IMG/VR virus record: IMGVR_UViG_3300030376_004081
Span: 1-63,717 of that record
DNA length: 63,717 bases
Direction: 5' to 3' (one strand)
Origin: a virus
Taxonomy: Duplodnaviria > Caudoviricetes
Position numbers and translations under genes: made by a program. The notes beneath the pieces are model-generated. The model saw only the letters and a program-made list of their open reading frames with translations. It did not search any database and had not been told where the DNA came from. This document shows positions 36,947-46,984 of this stretch, one piece after another (within the stretch, counting starts at the first letter, position 1; every line of letters starts with the position of its first letter).

Positions 36947-39900
36947 TTATTTTAAAATTGTAGATGTTATACTTCTTGTAAGATTCTTTACAACGCTCTT
37001 TTGTAATTCTCTTGCTATTCTATCCATTTCTGCTTTAGAAGTGTCTTTTGCATTGATAGTGATGTTAATGTTATTTACAATACTATCTCCACCATTATTT
37101 GCTACCATTTCTCCTGATTTTTTGTTATCTGTAACTTTTGCTCCTGCTGGTAAATTAACTAATTCTGGCCCTTTTTCTCCAACAACTGCTAAACCACCCG
37201 AAGAAGTTCCCCCGTCAGCAAAGAAATCAATATCAAGTATTTTCTTTATTTTCTTTACAATCCAATTACCAATATACCATAAGGCTACACCAATAACTGC
37301 AACTAACCAAACAGGAGCAGTTGTGAACATCATAACTGCAACCCCGACAAGGGCTAATAAAACTCCGAAATTCTTAGCCAGCCCCTTAACGCTTGTAAAA
37401 GTATCTACGAAGAAATCTTTTGCTTTGCCCCAAAGTTCCACCGCAAATGCTCCAATAAAGGTTATTGCTAACCCTAATACTAGCAAACCAAAGGTGATAG
37501 CCATTCCAAGTAAGCCAACTGCTATTTTAACTAAACCTTCAACTAAACTTTCAAGACCGCCATCACCGAAGAAAGCATTTAATACATCAACAACACCTGT
37601 CTTGATTAAATTAAAGGCCATCGCCATTACAGTAATTATAGGCTTCATAATAGCAAAAGCCTTTTCAAACGCTGTTGAAATAACAGGCCATGCTTTCTTG
37701 ATAATTAAGAATATTGCTATCATGGCTAAATTTAGATATAAATAGGTGGAGGCTAATCCTCGTATAAGCATACCCAATGCAGCCTTTATAATATTAAAGA
37801 ATTTGATAACCTTGAATGCGGCTCTAAAGAATTTAGATTTCTTTAAAAGATTCTTTAGTCCTTCTTTTCGCATTCCTTTAAATTCTTTTAACATATCAGT
37901 TGCATTGGATTTTTCTCCTTCTTTTTCAGCAATAACTGATTTATCCGCTTCAACCTCTTGCTGTTTACCTACATTTTCAGCCATTAGTGGATTTACTATA
38001 TCATCTCTTTCTTTTTCAGTAATGCTTCCCATGCTATACAATTGTTCAGCAGTTTTAATAGCCTCTTCATTGACAGATATTTCTTTTTCTAATGATTTAA
38101 TATTCTTCTGTCTTTCTTTGATTACTGCTTGAATAGCATTTAATTCTGCATTAATTCCAGTAATGTTGCTCTTTTTAAGAAGTTTCTCTTTCGTTTCCAT
38201 TACTCCTTCTATTTCTTTTTTATATTTTTGCATATTTTCATTTAATTTTAATATTTCTTCAGCATCTCCGAATTGATTAGCAACTTCTTTTAGTTTTTCT
38301 GCTTCTTCATTTGCTTTATTGAATGATTCAGTTAATCTATTTACATCATCAGGTGTTCCGATAATCATAGCATTAGCCAGTTGAGTTTGTATGTCAAAGG
38401 CTTTATCTGCTTGTTTCTTATATTCATCATATGACTCCGAAACTTTTTGAATATTTTCTGCATGAACCTTTATTGCTGTTTGTCCTTCTTCTAAATCATC
38501 GGGAACAAGTGAAAATTTATCCATTTCCTTTTGTGCTTTATTTAAAAGAGTAGTTTGATTTTTTAAGATACCATTATAGTGTGTGAATTTTTTAACAGAT
38601 TTATTATTTATTTCTACAACCCTCTTTGTTGCTTCTGCTAAATCATTTTGGGCATCAGTAATTTCACTAGTATCTCCTGATTTATATGCTAATTTTAACT
38701 TTTTCTCAAATACAGAAACTTGTTCTGTTGCTTCTACTAATTCTTTACTAGTGTTTAAACCAAAAGTAGAAGTTTTATTAACAATAGGAAGAACACTAGC
38801 AAAAGCAGAAGCATATTCTTCTGCTGATTTTTTTAATTGTTTTGTATAGGTTTCTTTTCCTTTTTGTGTTAATTTATTTAAATCTTCTTCTGTGCTAGAT
38901 AGAACATTTTCAACTTCTTTTCTATATTGTTTATTTGCTTCAGTAAGTTCTTCTCTAGCATTTGTTTCTCTTAATAAACCATTAGCAAGCCTTTGCTCTA
39001 TTTTTTGTTGTCTAAGTCGTTGCTTATATGTTAGATTTCCATTTTGTAGTTCTAACTCTTGTAATTTTTGAAGTTTTTCTTTTCTACCTTTGTTTTCTTC
39101 AACAACTAAACCAACCTTTTTTTCCGCATCTGTTAATCGTTGATTAGCCAAAGAGTGAGTAGTTAATAATTGCGAAGATTTTTGTATTTGCTCATTATAT
39201 TTATCTATTTCAGGACTTGAGCCTAGCCCTACGGAAACTAAACTATCTACCTTTGCTTGAGCATCGTTAATTAAATCTTCTTGTTTTTTAATATATTCAG
39301 TATTAATTATATCTTTAATTTCAGGAGTATTATATTGAACACCTTTAAGTGCCTTGTTGATGGTTTTCATCTTCTTTTTGAGTTCGGATGCTTCTTTTCT
39401 TTCATCCACATTTAGTAATGTAGGCATTTGTAGTGCTTTTTTAATTTCTTTTTTGAATTGTTTTGGTTTAATTAATGCTTTAACAACTGCTTGTGGTTTA
39501 AAGAATGACCTTGTAGTGATTTGTTTAACCATATCTTTAAGACCAGTCCTAACTCGTTTATCTTCAACTGTCGGAGTTATACGAAAGAAGTTTTTAATTT
39601 TTCCAAATTTAGTTGCTTCTTTTTCAACTTCTTCCATACCTTCAAAAAATTTATCGGTTTCAAACTTAAATTGAATTGGACTCTTTGCGAAATCATGTAT
39701 TTTATTTAGTCCTTTGAAAATATTCCCAAATATATTTTGGGGTGCTTCCAACTTATCTAATCTTTCTTGTAATCCTTTTATTTCTTTTTCTTCAGTAGCA
39801 AGATTCAATGCTGCTTTTAATCCTTCAATTTCTTCTTTAGCCGCACCAGAATCAGTCACTAACTTTCTATATTGACCACCAGCCAATTGAAGAGTTGAAG

Positions 39901-40396
39901 AAACCTTATTTAGCATTCTAAACATTCCAGGCGGTAAAAACCCATACATTACTTTACGGGCTTTTGCTGCCTCAATACCAAAAATAGTAATTTCTTCTCT
40001 TGAACTGGAAATAAATTCCGCTAAATATTCCGCTAAGTTTCCGCCTCTTTTTTGGTATTCTTGAAATGATTTCATTCCTAAATTAAATCTTTCATTACTT
40101 TTGTTTAATTCTTTAACTGTTTCATTTAGAATAGCACTTCTTTTATTGAAGGCAAGCATCTTGTCTCCAACTTTGGTAATTTCTTCACCAAATTCATTGA
40201 CTCTATTACCCGTTCTTTTACTGAAAAGTTCATTATTTCTTAACTCTATACCTAAAGCCCTTTGAGCCGCAGTTAAGTCAGTAATTGGTTTAGTAGTTGA
40301 TTCAACTGCCTTTTGATAATTTCCCATAACGGGAATCATACTATCTACTAGTTTTTGGAGTTTCCCAATAGAAGCATTCAAGGCAGCCATATCCAA
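36947..40396 (-). CDS. Tail tape measure protein
   Basis: 1149 aa coiled coil, hydrophobic TM-like region, FADGG...VVGEKGPELV and NINITINA C-terminal motifs. Confidence 0.9.
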   Translation of the reverse strand: MDMAALNASIGKLQKLVDSMIPVMGNYQKAVESTTKPITDLTAAQRALGIELRNNELFSKRTGNRVNEFGEEITKVGDKMLAFNKRSAILNETVKELNKSNERFNLGMKSFQEYQKRGGNLAEYLAEFISSSREEITIFGIEAAKARKVMYGFLPPGMFRMLNKVSSTLQLAGGQYRKLVTDSGAAKEEIEGLKAALNLATEEKEIKGLQERLDKLEAPQNIFGNIFKGLNKIHDFAKSPIQFKFETDKFFEGMEEVEKEATKFGKIKNFFRITPTVEDKRVRTGLKDMVKQITTRSFFKPQAVVKALIKPKQFKKEIKKALQMPTLLNVDERKEASELKKKMKTINKALKGVQYNTPEIKDIINTEYIKKQEDLINDAQAKVDSLVSVGLGSSPEIDKYNEQIQKSSQLLTTHSLANQRLTDAEKKVGLVVEENKGRKEKLQKLQELELQNGNLTYKQRLRQQKIEQRLANGLLRETNAREELTEANKQYRKEVENVLSSTEEDLNKLTQKGKETYTKQLKKSAEEYASAFASVLPIVNKTSTFGLNTSKELVEATEQVSVFEKKLKLAYKSGDTSEITDAQNDLAEATKRVVEINNKSVKKFTHYNGILKNQTTLLNKAQKEMDKFSLVPDDLEEGQTAIKVHAENIQKVSESYDEYKKQADKAFDIQTQLANAMIIGTPDDVNRLTESFNKANEEAEKLKEVANQFGDAEEILKLNENMQKYKKEIEGVMETKEKLLKKSNITGINAELNAIQAVIKERQKNIKSLEKEISVNEEAIKTAEQLYSMGSITEKERDDIVNPLMAENVGKQQEVEADKSVIAEKEGEKSNATDMLKEFKGMRKEGLKNLLKKSKFFRAAFKVIKFFNIIKAALGMLIRGLASTYLYLNLAMIAIFLIIKKAWPVISTAFEKAFAIMKPIITVMAMAFNLIKTGVVDVLNAFFGDGGLESLVEGLVKIAVGLLGMAITFGLLVLGLAITFIGAFAVELWGKAKDFFVDTFTSVKGLAKNFGVLLALVGVAVMMFTTAPVWLVAVIGVALWYIGNWIVKKIKKILDIDFFADGGTSSGGLAVVGEKGPELVNLPAGAKVTDNKKSGEMVANNGGDSIVNNINITINAKDTSKAEMDRIARELQKSVVKNLTRSITSTILK

Positions 40397-40400
40397 ATAA

Positions 40401-40610
40401 TCACTTCCTCATTTTCTTATTATGTTTGTCCATTTCTTCTGCTTCTAATTCTCTAACGGCAAAATCAACTGAAAGTAAATCTAAAACTAAACTTGACGGC
40501 ATTTTGTATATTTCAAGAGGGCTTATTGCTAACGCTTTCGCTAAGGTATAAACAACGATTAACGAAGCCTCATGGGGTTCGGCCTTGCCTCCCCTCAATA
40601 TAGACTTCAT
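40401..40610 (-). CDS. Tail assembly chaperone, C-terminal (gpT-like) frame
   Basis: In the -1 frame relative to the upstream ORF; directly before the tape measure gene. Confidence 0.65.
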   Translation of the reverse strand: MKSILRGGKAEPHEASLIVVYTLAKALAISPLEIYKMPSSLVLDLLSVDFAVRELEAEEMDKHNKKMRK

Positions 40611-40987
40611 TCTTCGTTTTTTTCTTCATCCCCCGAAAAAGAATCAAAGGGATTTGGTAAAATATCTTTAATTTGACTTCCGATATAAGGAGTCAAACGA
40701 ATAATATCAATAGCAGAAAGGGAGGGTTCTGTCTTTACGATAAAATTATCAACCATATACTTATACATGGCGTTTAAATCTAACTTCATGTCTTGCTTTT
40801 TTGTGTCCAGTTGCATAACGCTATTCACGGCTTTATCAATTTCAAGCCATGTAGGTTCTTTAATCCAAACCTTTAGGTATTCATCGCTTTCTGGTGCTAC
40901 ACGAATATAGTGTAGTTTTGGCTCAGTTAGTGCAAATAGCACATTCTTATCTTTTACGGTTTTCTTATCGTTTAACATATTCTCCAC
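40607..40987 (-). CDS. Tail assembly chaperone (gpG-like)
   Basis: Between tail tube and tape measure genes; slippery A AAA AAC near its end. Confidence 0.7.
   Translation of the reverse strand: MENMLNDKKTVKDKNVLFALTEPKLHYIRVAPESDEYLKVWIKEPTWLEIDKAVNSVMQLDTKKQDMKLDLNAMYKYMVDNFIVKTEPSLSAIDIIRLTPYIGSQIKDILPNPFDSFSGDEEKNEE
40616..40622 (-). other. Programmed -1 ribosomal frameshift site (A AAA AAC)
   Basis: GAA AAA AAC GAA GAA TGA; a -1 shift reads AAA AAA CGA AGA ATG AAG TCT..., in frame with 40401..40610. Confidence 0.75.
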
Positions 40988-41026
40988 CTTCTAACCAACA
41001 AACAAACAAACGGTGTTGGTGGAATA

Positions 41027-41158
41027 TCATTCAGTTGATTCAGTTTCACTTACTTTTGGGGCTTTTGGGGCTTTTTCTTTTTTAGGGGTTTTCTTTCCTT
41101 TAGCCTCTTCTAGTCTTTTTAAAGCAAGCCTTCTTCTAAATTCTTCTTTTGTAGCCAT
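41027..41158 (-). CDS. Small basic protein (43 aa; not in ORF track)
   Basis: MATKEEFRRRLALKRLEEAKGKKTPKKEKAPKAPKVSETESTE; GGGGTGA RBS. Confidence 0.62.
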   Translation of the reverse strand: MATKEEFRRRLALKRLEEAKGKKTPKKEKAPKAPKVSETESTE

Positions 41159-41162
41159 TTAA

Positions 41163-42764
41163 TCACCCCATTAGAATATTATCTGTGTGAACCAAACATT
41201 CGTGTAAATCTCTTGGCTTAATTGTAGAACTGAAAGAAATCGGCCCTTTATCATCAGGAATAGTAATTTCAGTAGTATCAAGGAAATAATTCTTGAATTT
41301 AAGAGAAATTTTTTCGGAAGTGTCAGGCTTAGTGAAAAGGAACTCAACATAGTTAGAACTTATATTTTCTGTTTCATTTAACATTTCCTTGAATAATTGG
41401 TCATTTGTTACGATTGCTTCAAAAGAAATTTCATATGAGCGTTGTGCAGGAATACCTTCTTTCATATCACGGTGTCCACCCATATATCTCTTATCCATCA
41501 AATTGTTGTTAATAGTAATACTAACTGAATTGACCTTTAAGAACTGTTGTCCAAATACACTAAAGGTTCCTTGAGCAAAGAAGAAAGGTGCGCCATAATT
41601 ACTTCCAGCGTTCCAATTAAACAAACTATCATTAGCGGTTTGGTTTGCTCGGCTAACATAAGATACGCTAAGACTAGCATCCCGATAAAGGTCAGTAATG
41701 CTATCAACAAGACGAGCGTTAATATCCATATTCATCTTTAATTCTTCACCTTCTGCTGCTTCAATAGTCATTGAATTAACTCGGCAACCTCTAGCAATAC
41801 GGGTAAAAGCCACATCTTCATCTAAAGTGGTTGTTGCCGCACCACCCAAAGTTGCAGGATTTTTTGCGATAGTTTGTTCTAAACTAAAAGAAGGAAGTTG
41901 GTCGGTATTTAATTCAGCCATTGTATATTGAATTAAATTGGTTGGTCTTAAAGGGCTTCCACTAAAAGGAATCTTAACTAATCCTGAACCATCGTGAATA
42001 CTGAAATCTAATGGAGGAAGGATTTTAGTTCCGCCTTTAATTGTTCTATAAAATAATGGGCCAGTAGTAGGAACATCAGCAGTTGTGGCGTTTCCTTTGA
42101 TAATAACATCATTAGCAGTAGCGGCATCTGCAAAAACATCGGTTGATTTTGATATAGTGGTTGCTGCTCCACCAGTATAATTAATTGTTGAAACAGACCC
42201 AAGAGCATAATAAAGCCATGAACCAGTATTTGCGACTAAGGCGAGAGAACCGTTATCAGCAGTTCTAAGTCCTTTGTATTGGAAAGTAAAGTTTCTTGAA
42301 CCACCAAGACCCAAATTCATTTGTTTGAGTTCTTGACTAAGATTAGGGAAAGTTACGCTTTCCATGATTCCTAACCAATTATCTGATAATAGTGATTCTC
42401 TTTCAGGTGTCCCATTTCCGTTATAATCAATTAAAGGATGAGGAGCAGGTGAACCATATCCTCTTAAAAGAGCATATTGAACGACTCTCGGAGAAGATGC
42501 CGCAGTAGGAGTTGAACCTAAAGTAAAAGTAGTTTTAGTATTTGAAGTAATACTGTGAGATGAAAGAAGATTTGCTGCATCATCATAAATATCAATAGTG
42601 CAACCAACATAAATATTAGGGACTAGGCTAAATAAATCAGTAAATGCTGATTCAGGGGTTAATGTAGTTGTTGTTCCAGAACTGGTACAAGGGATATAAA
42701 TATCCTGTTCTGGAATTAATGTCGTTGATGCTCCGCTACCTAAAAATATTTCGTTATTTACCAT
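41163..42764 (-). CDS. Major tail tube protein
   Basis: LPSFSLEQ...GCRVNSMTIEA...SVSITINNNL...RSYEISFE tube-like pattern; position before the chaperones; no sheath gene seen. Confidence 0.72.
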   Translation of the reverse strand: MVNNEIFLGSGASTTLIPEQDIYIPCTSSGTTTTLTPESAFTDLFSLVPNIYVGCTIDIYDDAANLLSSHSITSNTKTTFTLGSTPTAASSPRVVQYALLRGYGSPAPHPLIDYNGNGTPERESLLSDNWLGIMESVTFPNLSQELKQMNLGLGGSRNFTFQYKGLRTADNGSLALVANTGSWLYYALGSVSTINYTGGAATTISKSTDVFADAATANDVIIKGNATTADVPTTGPLFYRTIKGGTKILPPLDFSIHDGSGLVKIPFSGSPLRPTNLIQYTMAELNTDQLPSFSLEQTIAKNPATLGGAATTTLDEDVAFTRIARGCRVNSMTIEAAEGEELKMNMDINARLVDSITDLYRDASLSVSYVSRANQTANDSLFNWNAGSNYGAPFFFAQGTFSVFGQQFLKVNSVSITINNNLMDKRYMGGHRDMKEGIPAQRSYEISFEAIVTNDQLFKEMLNETENISSNYVEFLFTKPDTSEKISLKFKNYFLDTTEITIPDDKGPISFSSTIKPRDLHECLVHTDNILMG

Positions 42765-42794
42765 GCTTTTCCTCTCCTTCCTTTTACAAACTTA

Positions 42795-43307
42795 CTAAGG
42801 GAGTGCTAATGCGTATCTTTTTGCTTCTAAATTGACTTTATATCCGAACAAACGCTTGGCTCTATCATTTGATTCACTTCTTGAACCTAAAAATAATTGA
42901 TTGAATTTAGAACCATCACTTGAGGTATAACCGTTCCGTTTGCTCTCAAGAACCCTACGCAGTATCAAGTATATAGCCCTTAGCCTGTCTTTGCCCTGTG
43001 AGGCATCAGCCCCGCCCCTCTCGTCGTGCAAGACCCGTATGTGTAAAGTGAAAGAATAGGTTTCGTTCCTAATATCGTACATTACAGTTGGATATTCAAT
43101 AGTTTGAGAATCTTCAAAAACAACGATTGTTGCAGGTGTTCTGCTTAAATCCACACGAACACCTTTATTTGCAGACAATGTTCTAATATCTATGAAATCA
43201 GGAGTTACTGCGTGGTCAGCACTAATTGTTCCTGCACTTACAAGAGCAGTAGCATTAGACGACCAATTAGTTGATAATAAATTTAAGAGAAGAGAGACTT
43301 CATCCAC
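42795..43307 (-). CDS. Tail terminator / completion-like protein
   Basis: Size and position immediately upstream of the tail tube gene. Confidence 0.55.
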   Translation of the reverse strand: MDEVSLLLNLLSTNWSSNATALVSAGTISADHAVTPDFIDIRTLSANKGVRVDLSRTPATIVVFEDSQTIEYPTVMYDIRNETYSFTLHIRVLHDERGGADASQGKDRLRAIYLILRRVLESKRNGYTSSDGSKFNQLFLGSRSESNDRAKRLFGYKVNLEAKRYALALP

Positions 43308-43507
43308 ATTTCCACCTCCGAAGTAATTTGTTTATTGATTTCTTTTTCGTATGCTTCCATAGCGTATTTGATTACTTCATCATCGCTAAAAGAAATATCA
43401 ACACCTAATGCTTCCGATGCTTCTTTCATGGCTACTTGTCTTTCTTTTTGAATATCAAGAAGTTTTTGAAACTTAGAAAAATCAATATCAATAGCCATAA
43501 CAATCAC
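43283..43507 (-). CDS. Hypothetical protein
   Basis: 74-aa ORF overlapping both neighbours. Confidence 0.65.
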   Translation of the reverse strand: MIVMAIDIDFSKFQKLLDIQKERQVAMKEASEALGVDISFSDDEVIKYAMEAYEKEINKQITSEVEMWMKSLFS

Positions 43508-43932
43508 ACTCTATTAGGAAGTTCGGTAAATCCGTTTCTAACTTCTGCTAGTCTTTCTTTGACATTGGGTAATTTCATAAAGTCTCTACTTTCTTCAATG
43601 CTAAATTCTGAATCCGTGCTATCAAAAAATAAATCATTAATTTGCCTGTTATCTGTTCCTGCTATAAAACAATTAGCAAAGATAAGAGAGTCTTTCCCAT
43701 CATCAAATTCAAATTCATATTTGAAAGCAAGGTTGCTAACTGCCGCCATTTCAGGAACAGTTAAGGAAGTTTTTCTAATATGAACTATGTAATCTCCAAA
43801 TACATGCCTTCCTGCCTCGTATTTCGCTTTAAACATTTTTGCGACAACATTTTCAGTAATATCCTCAATACTATAAACAAAATCTTCTATGTCTTGTTCT
43901 GTTAATTCGTTTTTAATAATGTCTTTCCACAT
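43504..43932 (-). CDS. Acidic hypothetical protein with MWKDIIK leader
   Basis: Shares the W-x-x-I-[LI]-K N-terminal motif. Confidence 0.72.
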   Translation of the reverse strand: MWKDIIKNELTEQDIEDFVYSIEDITENVVAKMFKAKYEAGRHVFGDYIVHIRKTSLTVPEMAAVSNLAFKYEFEFDDGKDSLIFANCFIAGTDNRQINDLFFDSTDSEFSIEESRDFMKLPNVKERLAEVRNGFTELPNRV

Positions 43933-43937
43933 AATAA

Positions 43938-45251
43938 TCAGTCCAAGAAATAAACAAGGTCGCCCTTTCCTTTCAAAATATCCATAGCCTCTTTACGAAG
44001 TATGTCATATTTTTCTTTTGTAGAAATATTACCACCTGATTCGGTGATTAGAATACTTTGGTCGTCATGGCGAATAATTTCAGATGCGGCCAATTTAGTT
44101 GTTGCTTCGTGAATAGCAGAAGGAACTCTATTATCACCTGCGATATAAGAAACAATAACTGAATTGTTTCTATGATAAGGATAATCTTTCAAAAAGAAAA
44201 TACGCCCTTCTTCATTAATTGTCCAGTAATCACCGAGCCTTCTTAAATCTTCTTTGTCAGTAAAATCTTCTATTGTGCAAACAGTAGGAATAGCATCTGT
44301 TGTTGTAAATGTTATACTTCCTGAAAAAGAGCCACCTGTTGTAGCGTTGCTTAAAACAACATAACCTTCTCCAATAGCAGTAATAGTGCTTCCACTTACA
44401 ATATTGCTAACCCCACTTACTACCATACCTACGGCTAATTTACTTGTATCAGCAACAGTAAGGTTTGTTGAGTTATTGCCCGAACATGACTGTTTTATTG
44501 TTGCCTTGATGACGCAATCTGCCCCATCATCTCCCGAAAGGAGGGATGAGAAGAGGATTTGCTTCCCATTTGACTTGGCCTTTGCCGCATAGAAAAAGTC
44601 TGAAATGGATAAATTAGATTGAGTGAGGCTTTTTGGAGCAGTTGCACCAGTAAATTGAGACATTGAAGGAAAAGATTCGTTTACTAGAGAAATGATTTCT
44701 TCATTAGTTGTTTTAATTCCAAAGGTATTATTGAATTCGTTGTTTGCTAAATCAGTCAAATCATTTTCAGCCAACATTTCAAAAGAAACTCCGCTATTTG
44801 GTAATTGTAAAATAATAGAATTTAAGTCTCTAAAATTATCCTGTAAAGTAAGTTTGGCTTGAGCCGATGCAATTTCAATATATTGGCTTCCTTGCCAAAG
44901 TAAAAGAGAAACAATCTTTCTTACTTTCATTTTGGCTAATTGCACAAAACCAACATGACCGCCATAATATGCCTTGTGTGGGAGATGAGAAAATTCAAAG
45001 TTATGGTACTCATCTTTTGTGATAATTGGTCGGTATGAACGCTTTACCTTATCATCAACGATGCCTTCAACCCTTTTTATGATTGACCCAATCTGTGCTA
45101 ATGTAGGGTATGTTGAGGAAGTAAAGGCGGGAACTTGTAGTAAATTAGCAACCTCCGTAGCATTAGTATAGAACCCCCGACCTTGAGAATAGTCGGGATT
45201 AATTTCAGTAAAATCACTAGGAGAAATCGTTTGACCCATACTAGACACCAA
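43938..45251 (-). CDS. Head-tail adaptor/neck protein with inserted beta-barrel module
   Basis: N-terminal YTNATEVANLL...IIKRVEGIVD and C-terminal VIVSYIAG..VPSAIHEATTKLAA, as in gp6/gp15-type adaptors. Confidence 0.68.
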   Translation of the reverse strand: MVSSMGQTISPSDFTEINPDYSQGRGFYTNATEVANLLQVPAFTSSTYPTLAQIGSIIKRVEGIVDDKVKRSYRPIITKDEYHNFEFSHLPHKAYYGGHVGFVQLAKMKVRKIVSLLLWQGSQYIEIASAQAKLTLQDNFRDLNSIILQLPNSGVSFEMLAENDLTDLANNEFNNTFGIKTTNEEIISLVNESFPSMSQFTGATAPKSLTQSNLSISDFFYAAKAKSNGKQILFSSLLSGDDGADCVIKATIKQSCSGNNSTNLTVADTSKLAVGMVVSGVSNIVSGSTITAIGEGYVVLSNATTGGSFSGSITFTTTDAIPTVCTIEDFTDKEDLRRLGDYWTINEEGRIFFLKDYPYHRNNSVIVSYIAGDNRVPSAIHEATTKLAASEIIRHDDQSILITESGGNISTKEKYDILRKEAMDILKGKGDLVYFLD

Positions 45252-46974
45252 TTATTCTCTTAAGTTTCCTAACATTCTTTTTAATTTTATTTGAATAATT
45301 AGCCATACTTCTATTTTGTCGGCCTCTTGCTCCACTTAGATTAAATTCACCATGTTTGGTCACTTCAAATTTCAATTCAACAAATGCCTCTTTAAATGCT
45401 TCTTGAATTTGTTCTAAAGGTATAGTTTGTGTTGATACTTCTTCTTGACCGAAATCTTTAGATTCTTGATATTTAATTTTTCCAGGTTTTTCAACATCAT
45501 CATATACTCTAATTTCGCTGTTGTAGTTTTCTTTTTCACTACTAGATAACGCATTGTAATCTGTTTCTGAAATAAATTTCTTATTAGTATATTTACTAGT
45601 TTCATCATCTTCTAGTTTATTATATTCACCTAGAGTAATCTTTTCACCAGTTTCAAGATTTGTGTACTTTTCTTCTTTTTCTGTTTTATGGCTATATGCT
45701 CTATTGGATTGTTCTTCAATATCCTTAACAGATAATGTTTTTCCTTTAGGCCCCATTCCTCTTAACTTAGGAGCATCTTTCTTTGCTTGTGTGGCTAAAG
45801 CATATTCCTTATATGAAGGCTTTGTAGATTTTTTTGTTTTAATGTTTCCATATATTTTTACTGTATAAACTTCATCAGGAACAACTAAATATTTATTTAT
45901 TATTCTTTCAATAATTTGTTGAGTAGCATTATCATCAAAGAAGCCTTCGGGCGTTCCAGCACCAAAACCAGAAAAATTAAGTCTTGCTGTTTTATTATCA
46001 TCCGAAGCAACAACATACCTAACAAAATAGTATTTTCCATTTAATCGGATAATATCTTCTGCTTTCATATCATCAGTTCTATCTAAATCCTTAAGAGCAG
46101 GTAAAACATTGTTATCGTTAATTTCATCTTCTGGATTAGAAGTAAACTCTATTTTCTGTCCTTTATCAGTAAACTTCATTTTTCCATCTTCTTCAGTCAC
46201 TTCTTGTTCAACAACATAATTAGGTCTACTAGAAACTCCTTTTAATTCTTGAATTACTGAATCAGGAACCTCAAAAGAATAATCAATAACTTCTGTCCCT
46301 GCTGTAAATTTTTGTTTCATTAATTTAGGTTGGGCTTCTTGACCTGTGGTTTCTAAGATATAATCTGCTTTAGCATTCAATAACTTTCCTTCATCAAATC
46401 TAGGATAAGTGATTTCCATGTGTGCATTTAATCCACTAAGTCTATCATTGTGAGCATAAACAAACCTATCATTCAAACTACCGTGTTCTCTAAAAGTAAT
46501 GTCTGTTGAAACATTTAAATCATCCGAAAATTCATTTTGAGTTGAATACCAATCATCAAAATCAAAGTCAGGAAGTTTGGTTTTTCCTCCACGAATAAAA
46601 GAAACATCTGTTCCTTTTAATCTGCCTAAAACCTTAGCGTTTGTAATATCGTTAATTTTTTTATCTTCAATAAAAGTAATATTGGCTTCATTTATAGTTT
46701 TATCTCTTTTACGAGAAAAACCTTTCCAAGCCTCACTATCTCTTTCTAAAATAGGTTTAATGGGTTCATTAAGAACTTTTGTTAGAATTGAAGCAAGTTG
46801 TTCTTTTAATTCGCTTTTGCTTTGGGGGTTATCCTCAACGCTTTGTTTTGCTTTCTTTAATTTATTTCGGAAAACCTTATCCCCATCCAAAACATAATCT
46901 CTCATTTGAGTATAAATAAAAGATTCGGACTTAGGGAGGCTTAAGTTCTGTGTTCCCCATTTAAAATTAACCAT
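45241..46974 (-). CDS. Hypothetical protein (577 aa, charged)
   Basis: GAGGTGA RBS; no recognised motif. Confidence 0.8.
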   Translation of the reverse strand: MVNFKWGTQNLSLPKSESFIYTQMRDYVLDGDKVFRNKLKKAKQSVEDNPQSKSELKEQLASILTKVLNEPIKPILERDSEAWKGFSRKRDKTINEANITFIEDKKINDITNAKVLGRLKGTDVSFIRGGKTKLPDFDFDDWYSTQNEFSDDLNVSTDITFREHGSLNDRFVYAHNDRLSGLNAHMEITYPRFDEGKLLNAKADYILETTGQEAQPKLMKQKFTAGTEVIDYSFEVPDSVIQELKGVSSRPNYVVEQEVTEEDGKMKFTDKGQKIEFTSNPEDEINDNNVLPALKDLDRTDDMKAEDIIRLNGKYYFVRYVVASDDNKTARLNFSGFGAGTPEGFFDDNATQQIIERIINKYLVVPDEVYTVKIYGNIKTKKSTKPSYKEYALATQAKKDAPKLRGMGPKGKTLSVKDIEEQSNRAYSHKTEKEEKYTNLETGEKITLGEYNKLEDDETSKYTNKKFISETDYNALSSSEKENYNSEIRVYDDVEKPGKIKYQESKDFGQEEVSTQTIPLEQIQEAFKEAFVELKFEVTKHGEFNLSGARGRQNRSMANYSNKIKKNVRKLKRIIGV

Positions 46975-46984
46975 TTAAATCACC

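Noticed and set aside
37041-39709. Long + strand ORFs antisense to the tape measure gene (and similar shadow ORFs across the window)
   Set aside because: Antisense shadows of codon-biased genes: no RBS, low-complexity F/S/L/I composition, and against the strand organisation.
41163-42764. Contractile tail sheath
   Set aside because: The sequence pattern and the position directly before the G/GT chaperones fit a tail tube with extra domains; no separate tube or baseplate wedge genes are seen.
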